A stretch of 64,000 nt of DNA from Alphaproteobacteria bacterium (GCA_026400395.1 JAPLPD010000160.1:1427-65426), one strand, 5' to 3'. Shown: positions 10,041 to 21,836, numbered from the stretch's first letter. Numbers and translations are program-made. Notes: generated by a model not told the origin, from the letters alone.

Positions 10041-11207
10041 ATGGCGAAGGCCAAGCGCAGGACGCAAGCACGCGTCCGCAAGCAAGGTCCGCGCGCAATC
10101 GAGATCGCGCTGGCGGCGCTCGCCCATGACATCCGCACACCGCTGACCGGCATCCTGGCGCTGGCCGATCTGCTCGCCGCCTCCGATCTGCCCGAGCGCG
10201 AACGCGGCTGGGCCGAGGCGATCCGCGGCGCCGCCGACCATCTGGCGCGGCTTACCACCCTCGTGGTCGATACCGCCAAGGCGGAGTCGACCGGTCTTGT
10301 GCTGCGCGACGAGCCGTTCTCGCCGCGCGAGCTTGCCGACGCCGCGGCGGGCTCGCTCACCGCGCGCGCGGATGGCAAGAGGCTCGGCGTCGATATCGAG
10401 ATCGCCAAAACCATGCCCGCGCGTCTCAGCGGCGACGAGGTACGGTTGCGCAGCGCGCTGGAAAACCTGATCGATAACGCGGTGAAGTTCACCGAACGCG
10501 GCAGCGTCGGCTTTGCCGCCTCGTCGGCGCGGGCCGGGCGGGGACGCAGCCGGCTGACGTTCACCGTATCCGACAGCGGCATCGGTCTCACTGCCGCCGA
10601 TCTTAAGCGGTTGTTTCGCCCATTCGCTCAGGCGAGCGAGGAGGTGGCGCGACGCTATGGCGGCGCCGGGCTCGGTCTGGTCTTCGTCAAGCGCATCGCC
10701 AAGGCGATGGGCGGCGATCTGACGGTGACCAGCAAGCCCGGACGCGGCAGCACGTTCCGGCTGACCGTGGCGATGAAAGACATGCCGCCGGAACCAGAGC
10801 GGCGCGCGCCAAGCGCCAAGCTCGTGAAGGGTCTCCGCTTGCTCTGCGTGGAGGACAATCCTTATGGCCGCATCGTGCACAGCGCGGTGTTGCGGGAACT
10901 GGGCCATCGGGTGAGTTTCGTCGGCAGCGGCTAGGCGGCGGTCGAGGCGGTGGCGGCCAACCAACACGACGCCGTGCTGATGGACGTGGCGCTGCCCGGC
11001 ATCGACGGCATCGAGGCGACCAAGCGCATCCGCGCGCTGCCCGCGCCGGCGGGGCGCATTCCGATCATCGGCGTGTCGGGCCGCACCGAGCCGCGCGACG
11101 CGGACGCCGCGCGGGCGGCGGGCATGGACGCCTACCTGCACAAGCCCGCTTCGCCGGCTGAGTTGTACGAGGCGCTACGGACGGCGGCGCGGATCAAGCG
11201 CGTTTGA
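10041..11207 (+). pseudogene. Hybrid histidine kinase/receiver interrupted by an in-frame TAG (10932-10934)
   Basis: H-box LAHDIRTPL, N/G boxes (LIDNAVKFT, DSGIG, GAGLGL); the receiver starts VEDN and continues in the same frame after TAG (VLMDV...HKP). Confidence 0.8.
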
Positions 11208-11436
11208 TCAAGCCGAGGATGACCAGCAGCACAACGGCGCCGATCGTGGCGTTGATGATCGATGCGATCATTCCGCCGCCGATCTGCGGCAGCAGCCAGC
11301 CGGCGATGAATGCGCCGACGATGCCAACCACGACATTGCCGATCAGGCCGAAGCCCATGCCGCGCACGATCTGGCCCGCGAGCCAGCCAGCGACGGCGCC
11401 GACAATCAGAATGATGAGAATTGCTTCGATTGCCAT
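11194..11436 (-). CDS. GlsB/YeaQ/YmgE (transglycosylase-associated) membrane protein
   Basis: GAVAGWLAGQIV.G.GFGLIGNVVVGIVGAFIAGWL signature; GGAGA RBS. Confidence 0.9.
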   Translation of the reverse strand: MAIEAILIILIVGAVAGWLAGQIVRGMGFGLIGNVVVGIVGAFIAGWLLPQIGGGMIASIINATIGAVVLLVILGLIKRA

Positions 11437-11515
11437 GAGGTTCTCCCTTGACGAGAAGGCCTTCCCGGCCCGCCTGCGGCAATTGGAGTGTAGTCCGATC
11501 GGTCCGTGCTGTCAC

Positions 11516-11587
11516 GCACAATGAGAATGTTTTAGCGCACAATGAGAATGTGCACAATGAGAATGTGTCAACGCACAATGAGAATGT
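11516..11587. repeat. 4 exact copies of GCACAATGAGAATGT (spacers 6, 0, 6 bp)
   Basis: Copies at 11516, 11537, 11552 and 11573; spacers TTTAGC and GTCAAC. Confidence 0.95.
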
Positions 11588-12163
11588 GGCGGTGCCGGCC
11601 TGGCCGAACACCTCGCCGGTCAGGGTCCAGACATTGTCGGGGGTGCGCCAATCGAAGCCCGCGCCGTAGGTGACATAATGACGGTTGACGGAGCGGTCGA
11701 ACTGCCAGCCGGCGTTGAGATTGATGCGGACCGGCTCAGACACCCGCATGGTGGCGGGCACGGTCACGAACAGCGCAGTGTTTTCCTTTGTGATCAGATC
11801 GTAGGACGCTGTCGCCGATACGGCGAAGCCCCACGCGCCGATCGCGGTCGGCACGATGTTGGTCTTCAGCTTGGGCGATACGCCGGTGCCCCATTCGCCA
11901 TCCGCGCGCGAGCGGGTGAACTGCGAGCTCACCTCGACAGGCCGGCCTACATCGAGCACGCAAGCGGGCGACACCGACGCGATGACATCGTGATTGGAGG
12001 CGGATGAAATCCAGGATTCCACCTTGCACGCGCCGGGCTCGGAGACTTCGGCGGTGTCGACTTGATAGGCGGCGCCGGCCGCGTGGGCGCGCGCGGAAAA
12101 ACCGGCCGCCACGACACAGACTGCTGCTATCACTGTCTGCCGCCGAACCGGAGAACCCGTCAT
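11588..12163 (-). pseudogene. Exported putative beta-barrel protein divergent from feoA, 3' end apparently replaced by the repeat
   Basis: Signal peptide ending ARAHA; alternating hydrophobic/aromatic strands (WGFAVSATASYD, INLNAGWQFD, YGAGFDW, LTGEVFG); then reads TFSLC x4 and runs on to 11132. Confidence 0.6.
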
Positions 12164-12277
12164 CGGACACCCCTGTCGTGCCACCCCGGCAAGAGGGTGT
12201 CACCCATCGGGCCCGTTGAACACTGCGATCCGCCGGTGCCGGCATGCGGCCGCCGTCGGCTGTGTTGCAATGACACA

Positions 12278-12294
12278 TTTACAATTGTTCTAAC
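12278..12294. promoter_or_regulatory. Iron control element (Irr-binding ICE)
   Basis: TTTACAATTGTTCTAAC vs consensus TTTAGAA-N3-TTCTAAA (2 mismatches), ~90 bp upstream of feoA. Confidence 0.7.
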
Positions 12295-12382
12295 CTGCTG
12301 ACGCTCAGAGCTGTTTGCCTTGACCGGCTGCGGCGATTGGCTCACTTGAACACAGTAACAATTCTAGCGTGGACCAGTAAAA

Positions 12383-12667
12383 ATGGCCGATCCGCAGCCG
12401 TCGGTGGATGCGCAGGAGCGAACCCCGCTGGGACTCGCCGAGCGCGGGTTCCGCGGCCGCATTGCGGTCATCGACGCCGGGGCCGAGACCATCGGCGCAT
12501 CGTCTGCCGAGACCGAGCGCCGCCTGCTGGAGCTGGGCTTCGTCGAAGGCGCCACGGTTGAAATCCTGCACGAGGGACCGCTGGGCCGCGACCCGATCGC
12601 GGTGCGCGTCAACAATTGCACGATCGCGCTGCGCCGCCGCGAGGCGATGGCGATTCTGGTGTCATGA
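12383..12667 (+). CDS. feoA: Ferrous iron transport protein A
   Basis: [29 protein letters not shown]; overlaps the feoB start. Confidence 0.92.
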   Translation: MADPQPSVDAQERTPLGLAERGFRGRIAVIDAGAETIGASSAETERRLLELGFVEGATVEILHEGPLGRDPIAVRVNNCTIALRRREAMAILVS

Positions 12668-14547
12668 CCGCCGCGGCCGCACCCATGACCTGGCGCTTTG
12701 CCCTGGTCGGCACGCCGAACAGCGGCAAGACCGCGCTGTTCAACGCGCTGACCTGCAGCCGGCAGAAGGTGGCGAACTATCCGGGCGTCACCGTCGAGCG
12801 CAAGGCCGGCCTGCTGCACACGGTGTCCGGCTATCACATCACTCTGGTCGATCTGCCGGGCACTTATTCGCTGCGCGGGCGCAGCCCCGACGAGGAGATC
12901 ACCCGCGACGTCGTACTTGGCAAGGTGGCCAGTGAGAACGCGCCGGACCTGCTGCTCTGCGTCGCCGACGCCACCAACCTTCGCATCGCGCTCCGCCTGG
13001 TCATTGAACTGAAGCGCGTCGGCTGGCCGATGCTGCTGGTGCTCAACATGATCGACATCGCGCGGCGGCGCGGCATCGACATCAATATTGAAAAGCTCTC
13101 GGCCGAACTTGGGGTGCCGGTCGTCACCTCGACCGCGGTGCGCCGCGGCGGCACCGAGGAGTTGCTAAGTCGGATCGACGAACTGGCGACCAGCGCGGCG
13201 GGAAAGTCGGTGGCCAGCACCTGGGCGTCGCCGTCGGTTTCTGATTTGCGTGCCGCGCAGCGCGAGGCCGACCGCGTCATCAAGTCGGCTGTCAGCGAGC
13301 CGAAGCGGCCCGACACGGTCACCGGGCGGATCGACGGCGTGCTGTTGCACCCGGTTGCCGGACTGCTGATCCTGCTGTGCCTGCTGTTCGTCATGTTTCA
13401 GGCGGTGTTCGCCTGGGCGAAGCCGCTGATGGATCTGATCGCGGCGGGCTTCGAATGGCTCGGTGTGCTGGTGCATGACACGCTGCCCGAGGGGCTGCTG
13501 CAGAGCTTCGTGCAGAACGGCGTGATCTCCGGCGTCGGCAGCGTGCTGGTGTTCCTGCCGCAGATTCTGATCCTGTTCCTGTTCATCCTGCTGCTGGAAG
13601 ACCTGGGCTACATGGCGCGCGCGGCGTTCCTGATGGACCGCATCATGGGCGGCGCGGGGCTGCATGGCCGCGCCTTCATTCCGCTGCTGTCGAGCTTCGC
13701 CTGCGCGATCCCCGGCATCATGGCGACGCGGGTGATCGACAACAAGCGCGACCGGCTGACCACGATCCTGGTCGCGCCGCTGATGACCTGCTCGGCACGC
13801 ATCCCGGTCTACACGCTGATCATCTCCGCGTTCATTCCGGAGCGCGAGGTGTGGGGCTTCATCGGCCTGCAGGGGCTGGTGATGTTCGGCCTCTACGCCG
13901 CGGGTATTTTCGGCGCGCTCGGCGTGTCGTTCCTCGCCAAGCACTTCGTCCTGCGCGACGACGCCACGCCGCCGTTCATGCTGGAAATGCCGGACTACAA
14001 GCTGCCGCAGCTTCGCAGCATTGCCCTCGGTCTCTACACACGGGCGATGATGTTTCTACAGCGCGCCGGCACCACGATCTTCTCGATGATGGTGCTGATC
14101 TGGTTCCTGGCCTCGTTCCCGCGTCTGCCGGCGGGCGCCGAAGGCCCGGCGATCGACTATAGCCTCGCCGCCATGATCGGAAAATGGCTGGAGCCGCTGA
14201 CCGCCCCGATCGGCTTCAACTGGCAGATCAACGTCGCGCTGATCCCCGGCATGGCGGCGCGCGAGGTGGCGGTCGCCTCGCTCGGCACGGTCTACGCCAT
14301 CGAGGGCGGCAAGGAGGCGGCCGAGCAGATCGGCCAGGCGCTCGCCGGCAAGTGGAGTTTGGCGACGGCGCTGGCGCTGCTTGCGTGGTACGTGTTCGCG
14401 CCGCAATGCGCGTCGACGCTCGCGGTGATCAAGCGCGAGACCGGAAGCTGGAGCTGGATGTTCGCCACCTTCGGCTACATGCTGGTGCTGGCCTATGTGG
14501 CGGCGCTGATCACCTATCAGGTGGCGGTCGCGCTCGGCGCGGGCTGA
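12664..14547 (+). CDS. feoB: Ferrous iron transport protein B
   Basis: G1 GTPNSGKT, G2 NYPGVTVE, G3 DLPGTYS, G4 NMID; gate-domain motifs [22 protein letters not shown]. Confidence 0.95.
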   Translation: MTAAAAPMTWRFALVGTPNSGKTALFNALTCSRQKVANYPGVTVERKAGLLHTVSGYHITLVDLPGTYSLRGRSPDEEITRDVVLGKVASENAPDLLLCVADATNLRIALRLVIELKRVGWPMLLVLNMIDIARRRGIDINIEKLSAELGVPVVTSTAVRRGGTEELLSRIDELATSAAGKSVASTWASPSVSDLRAAQREADRVIKSAVSEPKRPDTVTGRIDGVLLHPVAGLLILLCLLFVMFQAVFAWAKPLMDLIAAGFEWLGVLVHDTLPEGLLQSFVQNGVISGVGSVLVFLPQILILFLFILLLEDLGYMARAAFLMDRIMGGAGLHGRAFIPLLSSFACAIPGIMATRVIDNKRDRLTTILVAPLMTCSARIPVYTLIISAFIPEREVWGFIGLQGLVMFGLYAAGIFGALGVSFLAKHFVLRDDATPPFMLEMPDYKLPQLRSIALGLYTRAMMFLQRAGTTIFSMMVLIWFLASFPRLPAGAEGPAIDYSLAAMIGKWLEPLTAPIGFNWQINVALIPGMAAREVAVASLGTVYAIEGGKEAAEQIGQALAGKWSLATALALLAWYVFAPQCASTLAVIKRETGSWSWMFATFGYMLVLAYVAALITYQVAVALGAG

Positions 14548-14574
14548 TGCTCAATTGCAATGACATCGATGCTC

Positions 14575-14671
14575 GTCATGGATGCTCGTTAGGCCCGGCC
14601 TTGTGCCGGGCATCCAAGTGTTGCTTTGCGAAAAGGAACGACGTGGGTGGCCGGGTCAAGCCGGCCATGAC
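14575..14671. repeat. REP-like element (GTCATGGCCGG family), copy A, reverse orientation
   Basis: GCCCGGCCTTGTGCCGGGCATCCA...CGTGGGTGGCCGGGTCAAGCCGGCCATGAC; between convergent genes. Confidence 0.8.
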
Positions 14672-14699
14672 GAACTTGAGTGTCGTCCAAAGTAGGTGA

Positions 14700-15667
14700 C
14701 TATTCCGGCGAGAGCCCGATCTCCTTGACCAGCGTGCCCCACGCCGCGTGCTGGCCCTGAACGAAATCGTTGACCTCCTTCAGCGTACCGCCGCCGCGGG
14801 TGCGGAAGCCCGCGTTCCGCAGTTTCTCGATCACCTCGGCGTCGTTCATCACGACGTCCATCTCGCGGTTGACACGCGTGACGATGGCGTCGGGCGTGCC
14901 GATGGGCGCCGCCAGCACCCACCAGCCGGAAAATCGAATCCCGGGAAGGACTCGGCCACCGCCATCACGTCGGGGAATTCCGGCAGCCGGGCCAATGACG
15001 TCACCGCCAGCGCCTTCATCTTGCCGGCGGCAAGGTGGCCCTTGGCGGCCGGCACCGCGAGGATCATGAGTTGCACGCGGCCGGCGATCACGTCCTGAAT
15101 GCCTTGTGTCATGTTCGTGTAGGGCACGTAGGCGATCGGCATGCCGCCGAGTTTGCTGATCCACGCGGCGATCATGCCGGAAAAGCGTCGGGGCCCGTCG
15201 GTGGCGACGGCCAGCTTGTCGGGATTGGCTTTGGCGTAAGCGGCAAGCTCCGGCAGATTCTTCGCCGGCACGTCCGGATGCGCCAGCACCATGAATGTGA
15301 CCTCGGCGATGCGCGAGATCACCGCGAAGTCCTTCATCGGATCGTAGGGCAGTGATTTGAACGTGTAGGGGTCGGTCACCAAAGCCGCGGCGCTGGCAAA
15401 GAAGAATGTGTTGCCGTCGGGCGCCGAGCGCGCCGCGGCCTGGGTGCCGATGACGTTGCCGCCGCCGGGCCGGTTCTCGAACAGGACCGGCTGGCCCAGG
15501 CGGGCGGACAGCCGGTCGGCGACGACGCGTCCGATGATGTCGGTGCCGCCGCCGGCGGCCTGGGAACTGATGAACTTGATCGGCCTGTCGGGCCAGCCTT
15601 GGGCGACGGACGGGCTGGCCATCAGCAGCAGCACGGACGCAAGCATCCATCGCATGGATTTGTGCAT
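14700..15667 (-). pseudogene. Bug/TctC substrate-binding protein with a frameshift at an A4 run (14930-14933)
   Basis: N-part (WPDRPIKFI..AGGGTD, NRPGGGNVIG) is in ORF 14849..16039 and the C-part (SGWWVLAAP...W..LVKEIGL) in ORF 14700..15650; one extra T restores FDFSGWW. Confidence 0.85.
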
Positions 15668-15800
15668 TGCAATTTCCTCCCGCGTTTTGCTCAATCTTAT
15701 GATGGGCCGGGTCGGGTCGATAGGGACGGGTCGATAGGGACCTCGCACTGCCGCCCTCGCGCGGCTATTATGGTGCGCCAAGACCGGGATCGCCTTCACC

Positions 15801-16958
15801 ATGAACCCACTTAACCTGCCGCGTCCGGCCTGGATGACGGAGGAGCTTGTGCTCCTCGAAGAGCAGGCCGATCGATTCCTGAAAGCGGAATTCACGCCGC
15901 ACGTCGACAAGTGGCACGAAGAGAAAATACTGCCGCGCGAGGTGTGGACCAAGGCCGGGCAGGCGGGCCTGCTCTGCGCCATGATTCCCGAGGAGTACGG
16001 CGGCGCGGGCGGCACGTTCGCCCACGAGACGGTGATCAACCGCGCCTACAGCCTCGCCGGCATGGACGCGTTCGGCGCGCCTCTGCACTCCGGCATCGTC
16101 GCGCCCTACATTCTGCGCTTTGGCACCGAGGAGCAGAAGAAGCACTGGCTGCCCAAGCTTGCGTCCGGCGAAATGGTCGGCGCCATCGCCATGAGCGAGC
16201 CCGGCGCCGGATCCGATTTGCAGAATATCCGCACCACCGCCGTGCGGAAGGGCAACCGCTATCTGCTTAACGGCTCGAAGACCTTCATCACCAACGGCCA
16301 GCACGCCGACCTGATCGTCGTGGTCGCCAAGACCGACCCGAAGGAGCGCGCCAAGGGCGTCTCCTTGATGGTGGTCGAAACCGCCGACGCGCCGGGCTTC
16401 CGCCGCGGCCGGAAGCTGAAGAAGCTCGGCCTCGATGCCGCCGACACCTCGGAGCTGTTCTTCGAGGAAGTGTCGCTGCCGGCGGAGAACCTGCTCGGCC
16501 TGGAAGAAGGGCAGGGCTTTGTCCAGTTGATGAAGGAATTGCCGCAGGAGCGGATGATCGTCGCCTACCATGCGGTGGCGATGATGGAGCGCGCGGTCGC
16601 GCTGACACTCGATTACGTCAAGCAGCGCCAGGCGTTCGGCAAGCGGCTGATCGAGTTCCAGAACACCCAGTTCGAGCTCGCAGCCTGCAAGACCGAGGCG
16701 ACCGTCGCCAAGGTGTTCTGTGACGAATGCATCGCGCGCTCCCTGAAGGGCGAACTCGACAATGAAACCGCCGCGATGGCGAAATACTGGAGTACGGATT
16801 CGCTCGCCAAGGTCGCCGACCGCTGCCTGCAACTGTTCGGCGGCTATGGTTTCATGGACGAATATCCGATCTCGCGCATCTACCGCGACGCGCGGGTCAT
16901 GCGCATCTATGCCGGTACGAACGAAATCATGAAGCTGGTAATCGCCAGGAGTTTGTAG
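15801..16958 (+). CDS. Acyl-CoA dehydrogenase
   Basis: AIAMSEPGAGSDL, NGSKTFITNG, QLFGGYGFM.EY, RIYAGTNEIMK. Confidence 0.95.
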   Translation: MNPLNLPRPAWMTEELVLLEEQADRFLKAEFTPHVDKWHEEKILPREVWTKAGQAGLLCAMIPEEYGGAGGTFAHETVINRAYSLAGMDAFGAPLHSGIVAPYILRFGTEEQKKHWLPKLASGEMVGAIAMSEPGAGSDLQNIRTTAVRKGNRYLLNGSKTFITNGQHADLIVVVAKTDPKERAKGVSLMVVETADAPGFRRGRKLKKLGLDAADTSELFFEEVSLPAENLLGLEEGQGFVQLMKELPQERMIVAYHAVAMMERAVALTLDYVKQRQAFGKRLIEFQNTQFELAACKTEATVAKVFCDECIARSLKGELDNETAAMAKYWSTDSLAKVADRCLQLFGGYGFMDEYPISRIYRDARVMRIYAGTNEIMKLVIARSL

Positions 16959-16970
16959 CCTGCTTTCTTT

Positions 16971-17118
16971 CCCTCTCCCCTGGTGGGAGAGGGTGCCCGA
17001 GTGAACGAAGTGAACCAGGGCGGGTGAGGGGTCGGATTCTCAGCGAAACGCCGACCCCTCACCCGGCTCGTTGCTCGCAACGCTCGCAACTCGCCACTCT
17101 CTCCGACCAGGGGAGAGG
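16971..17118. repeat. Palindromic intergenic repeat (CCCTCTCCC...GGGAGAGGG family)
   Basis: Terminal hairpins CCCTCTCCCCTGGTGGGAGAGGG and CTCTCTCCGACCAGGGAGAGGG; internal inverted repeat GGGTGAGGGGTCGG / CCGACCCCTCACCC. Confidence 0.8.
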
Positions 17119-17137
17119 GTAAGAGAAGGAAACGCCG

Positions 17138-18346
<1,209 letters not shown>

Positions 18347-18351
18347 GCGCG

Positions 18352-18822
18352 ATGCCCAAGATCGATATCGCGAAAGTGCCGTTGGACACCGGGACCAATT
18401 ATCCCGATCCGTTCTGGAAGCCGATCGTCGGCCGCGAGCGCCGTCGTCTCGGTAATGCCGGAGAGCTCACCCAGTTCGGCGTCAACCTGACCACGCTCAA
18501 GCCGGGCGCCTGGTCTTCGCAGCGGCACTGGCACGAGAACGAGGATGAGTTCGTCTATGTCCTCGCAGGCGAGATCGTGCTGTGCGAGGATCAAGGCGAG
18601 ACCGTGCTGAAGCCGGGCGACTGTGCGGGCTTCAAGTCCAACACCGGCAACGGCCATTGCCTGCAGAACCGCACGCAGCGCGATGCGGTCTATCTCGAGG
18701 TCGGCACGCGGGCGCAGGCCGAGCGCGCCACCTATTCCGACATCGACATGAAAGTCGAGCGTGACGAGCGCGGCTTTGTCTATTCGCGCAAGAATGGCGA
18801 ACCGTATCCGAAGCGGACCTGA
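18352..18822 (+). CDS. Cupin domain protein
   Basis: FGVNLTTLKPG, HWHENEDEFVYVL.GE, GHCLQN. Confidence 0.85.
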   Translation: MPKIDIAKVPLDTGTNYPDPFWKPIVGRERRRLGNAGELTQFGVNLTTLKPGAWSSQRHWHENEDEFVYVLAGEIVLCEDQGETVLKPGDCAGFKSNTGNGHCLQNRTQRDAVYLEVGTRAQAERATYSDIDMKVERDERGFVYSRKNGEPYPKRT

Positions 18823-18837
18823 GACGAGGGCACTACG

Positions 18838-21039
18838 ATGGCTGACAATTTCAAGCTCGACGTCGATGCCGATGGCATTGCGCTCATCACCTGGGACATG
18901 CCCGGGCGGTCGATGAACGTGATCGACCTTGCGGTGATTCAGGAGCTGTCGGGGCTCGTCGAGACGGTCGCCGCCGACGCCGCGATCAAGGGCGCGGTGA
19001 TCGCGTCCGGCAAGGAGACGTTCTGCGCGGGCGCCGATCTCACCATGCTGGATTCGCTCACCGGCACCTTCCGGCAGATGGCGATGACCAAGGGCGAGGA
19101 GGCCGCGGCTACGACGCTGTTCGCCGAAAGCCGCAAGCTGTCGCAGCTCTACCGGCGGATCGAGAACTGCGGCAAGCCGTTTGTCGCTGCGATCGGCGGC
19201 ACCGCGCTCGGCGGCGGCTTCGAGCTTTGCCTCGCCTGCCACCAGCGTATCGCTTCGGACAACGGCAAGACCCGTCTCGGCTTGCCCGAAGTCAAGATCG
19301 GTTTGTTCCCCGGCGCCGGCGGCACTCAGCGGATCGCGCGCATGATGGCCGCGGGCGACGCGCTGCAGTTCCTGCTGAAAGGCGACCAGCTCAATCTGAC
19401 CCGTGCCAAGGCGGCCAACCTCGTCGACGCGGTAGTGCCGGCGGCCGATCTGATCAAGACCGCCAAGGATTGGGCCAAGGCCAATCCGAAGGCCAAGGCG
19501 CCGTGGGACACCGATGGCTTCCGCGCGCCGGGCGGCGCGATTTATTCCAAGGGCGGCATGATGACGTGGCCCGCGGCCAACGCGATCTACCGCCGCGAGA
19601 CCTACGACAACTATCCCGCCGCCCGCGCCATGCTGCAGGTGGTGTACGAGGGCTTGCAGCTTCCGATCGACCGCGCGCTCACGGTGGAGTCGCGCTATTT
19701 CACCAAGATTCTCCGCTCGCCGGAAGCCGCGGCGATGATCCGCTCGCTGTTCGTGTCGCTGCAGGATCTCAGCAAGGGCGCGCGGCGGCCGGCCAACGTG
19801 CCGCCGGCGCAGATCAAGAAGGTCGGCATCATCGGCGCGGGCTTCATGGGCGCCGGCATCGCCCAGGTCAGCGCCCAGGCGGGCCTCGATGTGGTGCTGA
19901 TCGATCGCGACCAGGAGAGCGCCGACAAGGGCAAGGACCACGTCGAGAAGTCGCTGACCGAACAAGTCAACCGCGGCCGCTCGACCGCGGCGGCGCGCGA
20001 CGCGGTGCTCGCCCGCATCACCGCCACGCCCGACTACGGCAAGCTGGCCGGGGTCGATCTCGTGGTCGAGGCGGTTTTCGAGGACCGCAAGGTGAAGGCC
20101 GAGGCTACCGCCAAGGCGCAGGCGGTGGTGCCGGATGTCATTTTCGGCTCCAACACATCGACGCTGCCGATCACATCGCTGGCGGAGAATGCGAAAGACC
20201 CGGCGAAGTTCGTCGGCATCCACTTCTTTTCGCCGGTCGACCGCATGATGCTGGTCGAGATCACCGTCGGCAAGAAGACCGGCGACGAAGCGCTGGCGAT
20301 GGCGCTCGACTTCGTCCGCACCATCCGCAAGACGCCGATCGTGGTGAACGATTCGCGCGGTTTTTACACTTCGCGGGTGGTCGGCACGTATCTGCGTGAG
20401 GGCCATCTGATGCTGGCGGAGGGAATTCCGGCGGCGATGATCGAGAACGTCGGCCGCATGGCCGGCATGCCGGTCGGGCCGCTCTCGCTCAACGACGAGG
20501 TGGCGGTCGATCTCGCCTGGAAGATCGTCAAGGCGACCGAGGCCGATCTCGGAGCGGACGCCATCGATGCGCGGCAGAAGACGTTGCTGGAGTTCATGGT
20601 CGAGAAGCAGCAACGGCTCGGCCGCAAGAACGGCAAGGGCTTCTACGACTATCCAGAGAAGGGGCCGAAGAAGCTGTGGCCCGGTCTCGCCGATATGCAG
20701 AAGACCAAGCTCGACCCGGACACCGTCGATGTGCAGGAGATCAAGGACCGGCTGCTTGCCATGCAGGCGCTGGAGACCGCGCGCTGCTTTGAGGAGGGCG
20801 TGCTGACCGACGTGCGCGAGGCGGATGTCGGTTCGATCCTGGGCTTCGGCTTCGCGCCGTTCTCCGGCGGCACGCTGTCCTACATCGACATGATGGGCGT
20901 GAAGCGCTTCGTCGAACTGTGCCAGCGGCTGGAGAAGAAATGCGGCGCGCGGTTCGCGCCGTCGAAGCTGCTGCTGGAGATGGCCCAGAAGGGCGAGAGC
21001 TTCTACGGGCGCTTTGCGCCGGGAAAAAAGGCGGCGTGA
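18838..21039 (+). CDS. Multifunctional enoyl-CoA hydratase/3-hydroxyacyl-CoA dehydrogenase (FadJ/FadB-like)
   Basis: Crotonase domain (FCAGAD, ALGGGFE, GLPEVKIGLFPGAGG) plus GAGFMGAGI, EAVFE, SNTSTL, HFFSPV. Confidence 0.95.
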   Translation: MADNFKLDVDADGIALITWDMPGRSMNVIDLAVIQELSGLVETVAADAAIKGAVIASGKETFCAGADLTMLDSLTGTFRQMAMTKGEEAAATTLFAESRKLSQLYRRIENCGKPFVAAIGGTALGGGFELCLACHQRIASDNGKTRLGLPEVKIGLFPGAGGTQRIARMMAAGDALQFLLKGDQLNLTRAKAANLVDAVVPAADLIKTAKDWAKANPKAKAPWDTDGFRAPGGAIYSKGGMMTWPAANAIYRRETYDNYPAARAMLQVVYEGLQLPIDRALTVESRYFTKILRSPEAAAMIRSLFVSLQDLSKGARRPANVPPAQIKKVGIIGAGFMGAGIAQVSAQAGLDVVLIDRDQESADKGKDHVEKSLTEQVNRGRSTAAARDAVLARITATPDYGKLAGVDLVVEAVFEDRKVKAEATAKAQAVVPDVIFGSNTSTLPITSLAENAKDPAKFVGIHFFSPVDRMMLVEITVGKKTGDEALAMALDFVRTIRKTPIVVNDSRGFYTSRVVGTYLREGHLMLAEGIPAAMIENVGRMAGMPVGPLSLNDEVAVDLAWKIVKATEADLGADAIDARQKTLLEFMVEKQQRLGRKNGKGFYDYPEKGPKKLWPGLADMQKTKLDPDTVDVQEIKDRLLAMQALETARCFEEGVLTDVREADVGSILGFGFAPFSGGTLSYIDMMGVKRFVELCQRLEKKCGARFAPSKLLLEMAQKGESFYGRFAPGKKAA

Positions 21040-21761
21040 TGCGAAACATATTCGCGCTGGCGCTGGCGGCGGCGTTTGCCGCGGCGACGCCGTTGTTCGC
21101 GCAGGACTATGCCGCCATCATCGCCGCGCCCGACCGCGCCGAGTCCGATCGTCAGACCGACCAGCGCCGCGATCCTCTCAAGCTACTGGCCTTCACCGGC
21201 GTGCGCTCCGGCATGACCGTGCTCGATATGGGCGCCGGCGGCGGCTACAGCACCGAACTGATGGCCCGCGCGGTCGGTCCCGACGGCCGGGTGTTCGGCC
21301 AGGACTACGAGAGCGGCGCGCGCGCCAAGGAGCGCTTCGAAGCCCGCATGAAATCCGACGCGATGAAGAACGTCGTCGTGCTGGCGCGCCCGTTCGACGA
21401 TCCGCTGCCGGAGGGCGTCGGCAATCTCGACTTGATCACGTTCTTCTTTTTCTATCACGACACCACCTATATGACGGTCGATCGCACGGCGATGAACAAG
21501 AAGCTATTCGCGGCGCTGAAGCCCGGCGGGCTGCTGATCGTGGCCGATCATTCGGCCAAGGCCGGCGCCGGCACGTCGGTGGGCAAGACCCTGCACCGCA
21601 TCGAGGAGAGCGCGCTGCGCGGCGAGGTCGAGGCGGCAGGGTTCAAGCTCGTCGCCGAAGGCGACTGGCTGCGGCATCCGGAAGACCCGCGCGACGAGCG
21701 CGTGTTCCAGCCGAAGGTGCGGGTGGACGAGTTCGTGCTGAAGTTTCAAAAGCCGAATTAG
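21039..21761 (+). CDS. Exported class I SAM-dependent methyltransferase-like protein
   Basis: Signal peptide; VLDMGAGGGYST; LKPGG.L...DHS; HRIEE. Confidence 0.8.
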   Translation: MRNIFALALAAAFAAATPLFAQDYAAIIAAPDRAESDRQTDQRRDPLKLLAFTGVRSGMTVLDMGAGGGYSTELMARAVGPDGRVFGQDYESGARAKERFEARMKSDAMKNVVVLARPFDDPLPEGVGNLDLITFFFFYHDTTYMTVDRTAMNKKLFAALKPGGLLIVADHSAKAGAGTSVGKTLHRIEESALRGEVEAAGFKLVAEGDWLRHPEDPRDERVFQPKVRVDEFVLKFQKPN

Positions 21762-21780
21762 CGGCAGCGCACGCTTTGCG

Positions 21781-21810
21781 CTTCACCCTCCCCCGGAGGG
21801 GAGGGTGAAG
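21781..21810. terminator. Perfect 13-bp hairpin between convergent genes (candidate bidirectional terminator or REP remnant)
   Basis: CTTCACCCTCCCC-CGGA-GGGGAGGGTGAAG; no U-tract. Confidence 0.5.
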
Positions 21811-21836
21811 CGTGTTTGCAACAACGCGCGTGGGAA

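Noticed and set aside
10932-10934. Pyrrolysine or genetic-code reassignment of TAG
   Set aside because: Only one instance; TAG terminates other genes normally (e.g. 1917, 6370, 34298); no pyl genes.
11516-11587. Mini-CRISPR array
   Set aside because: The repeat is 15 bp and non-palindromic, spacers are only 0-6 bp, and no cas genes are present.
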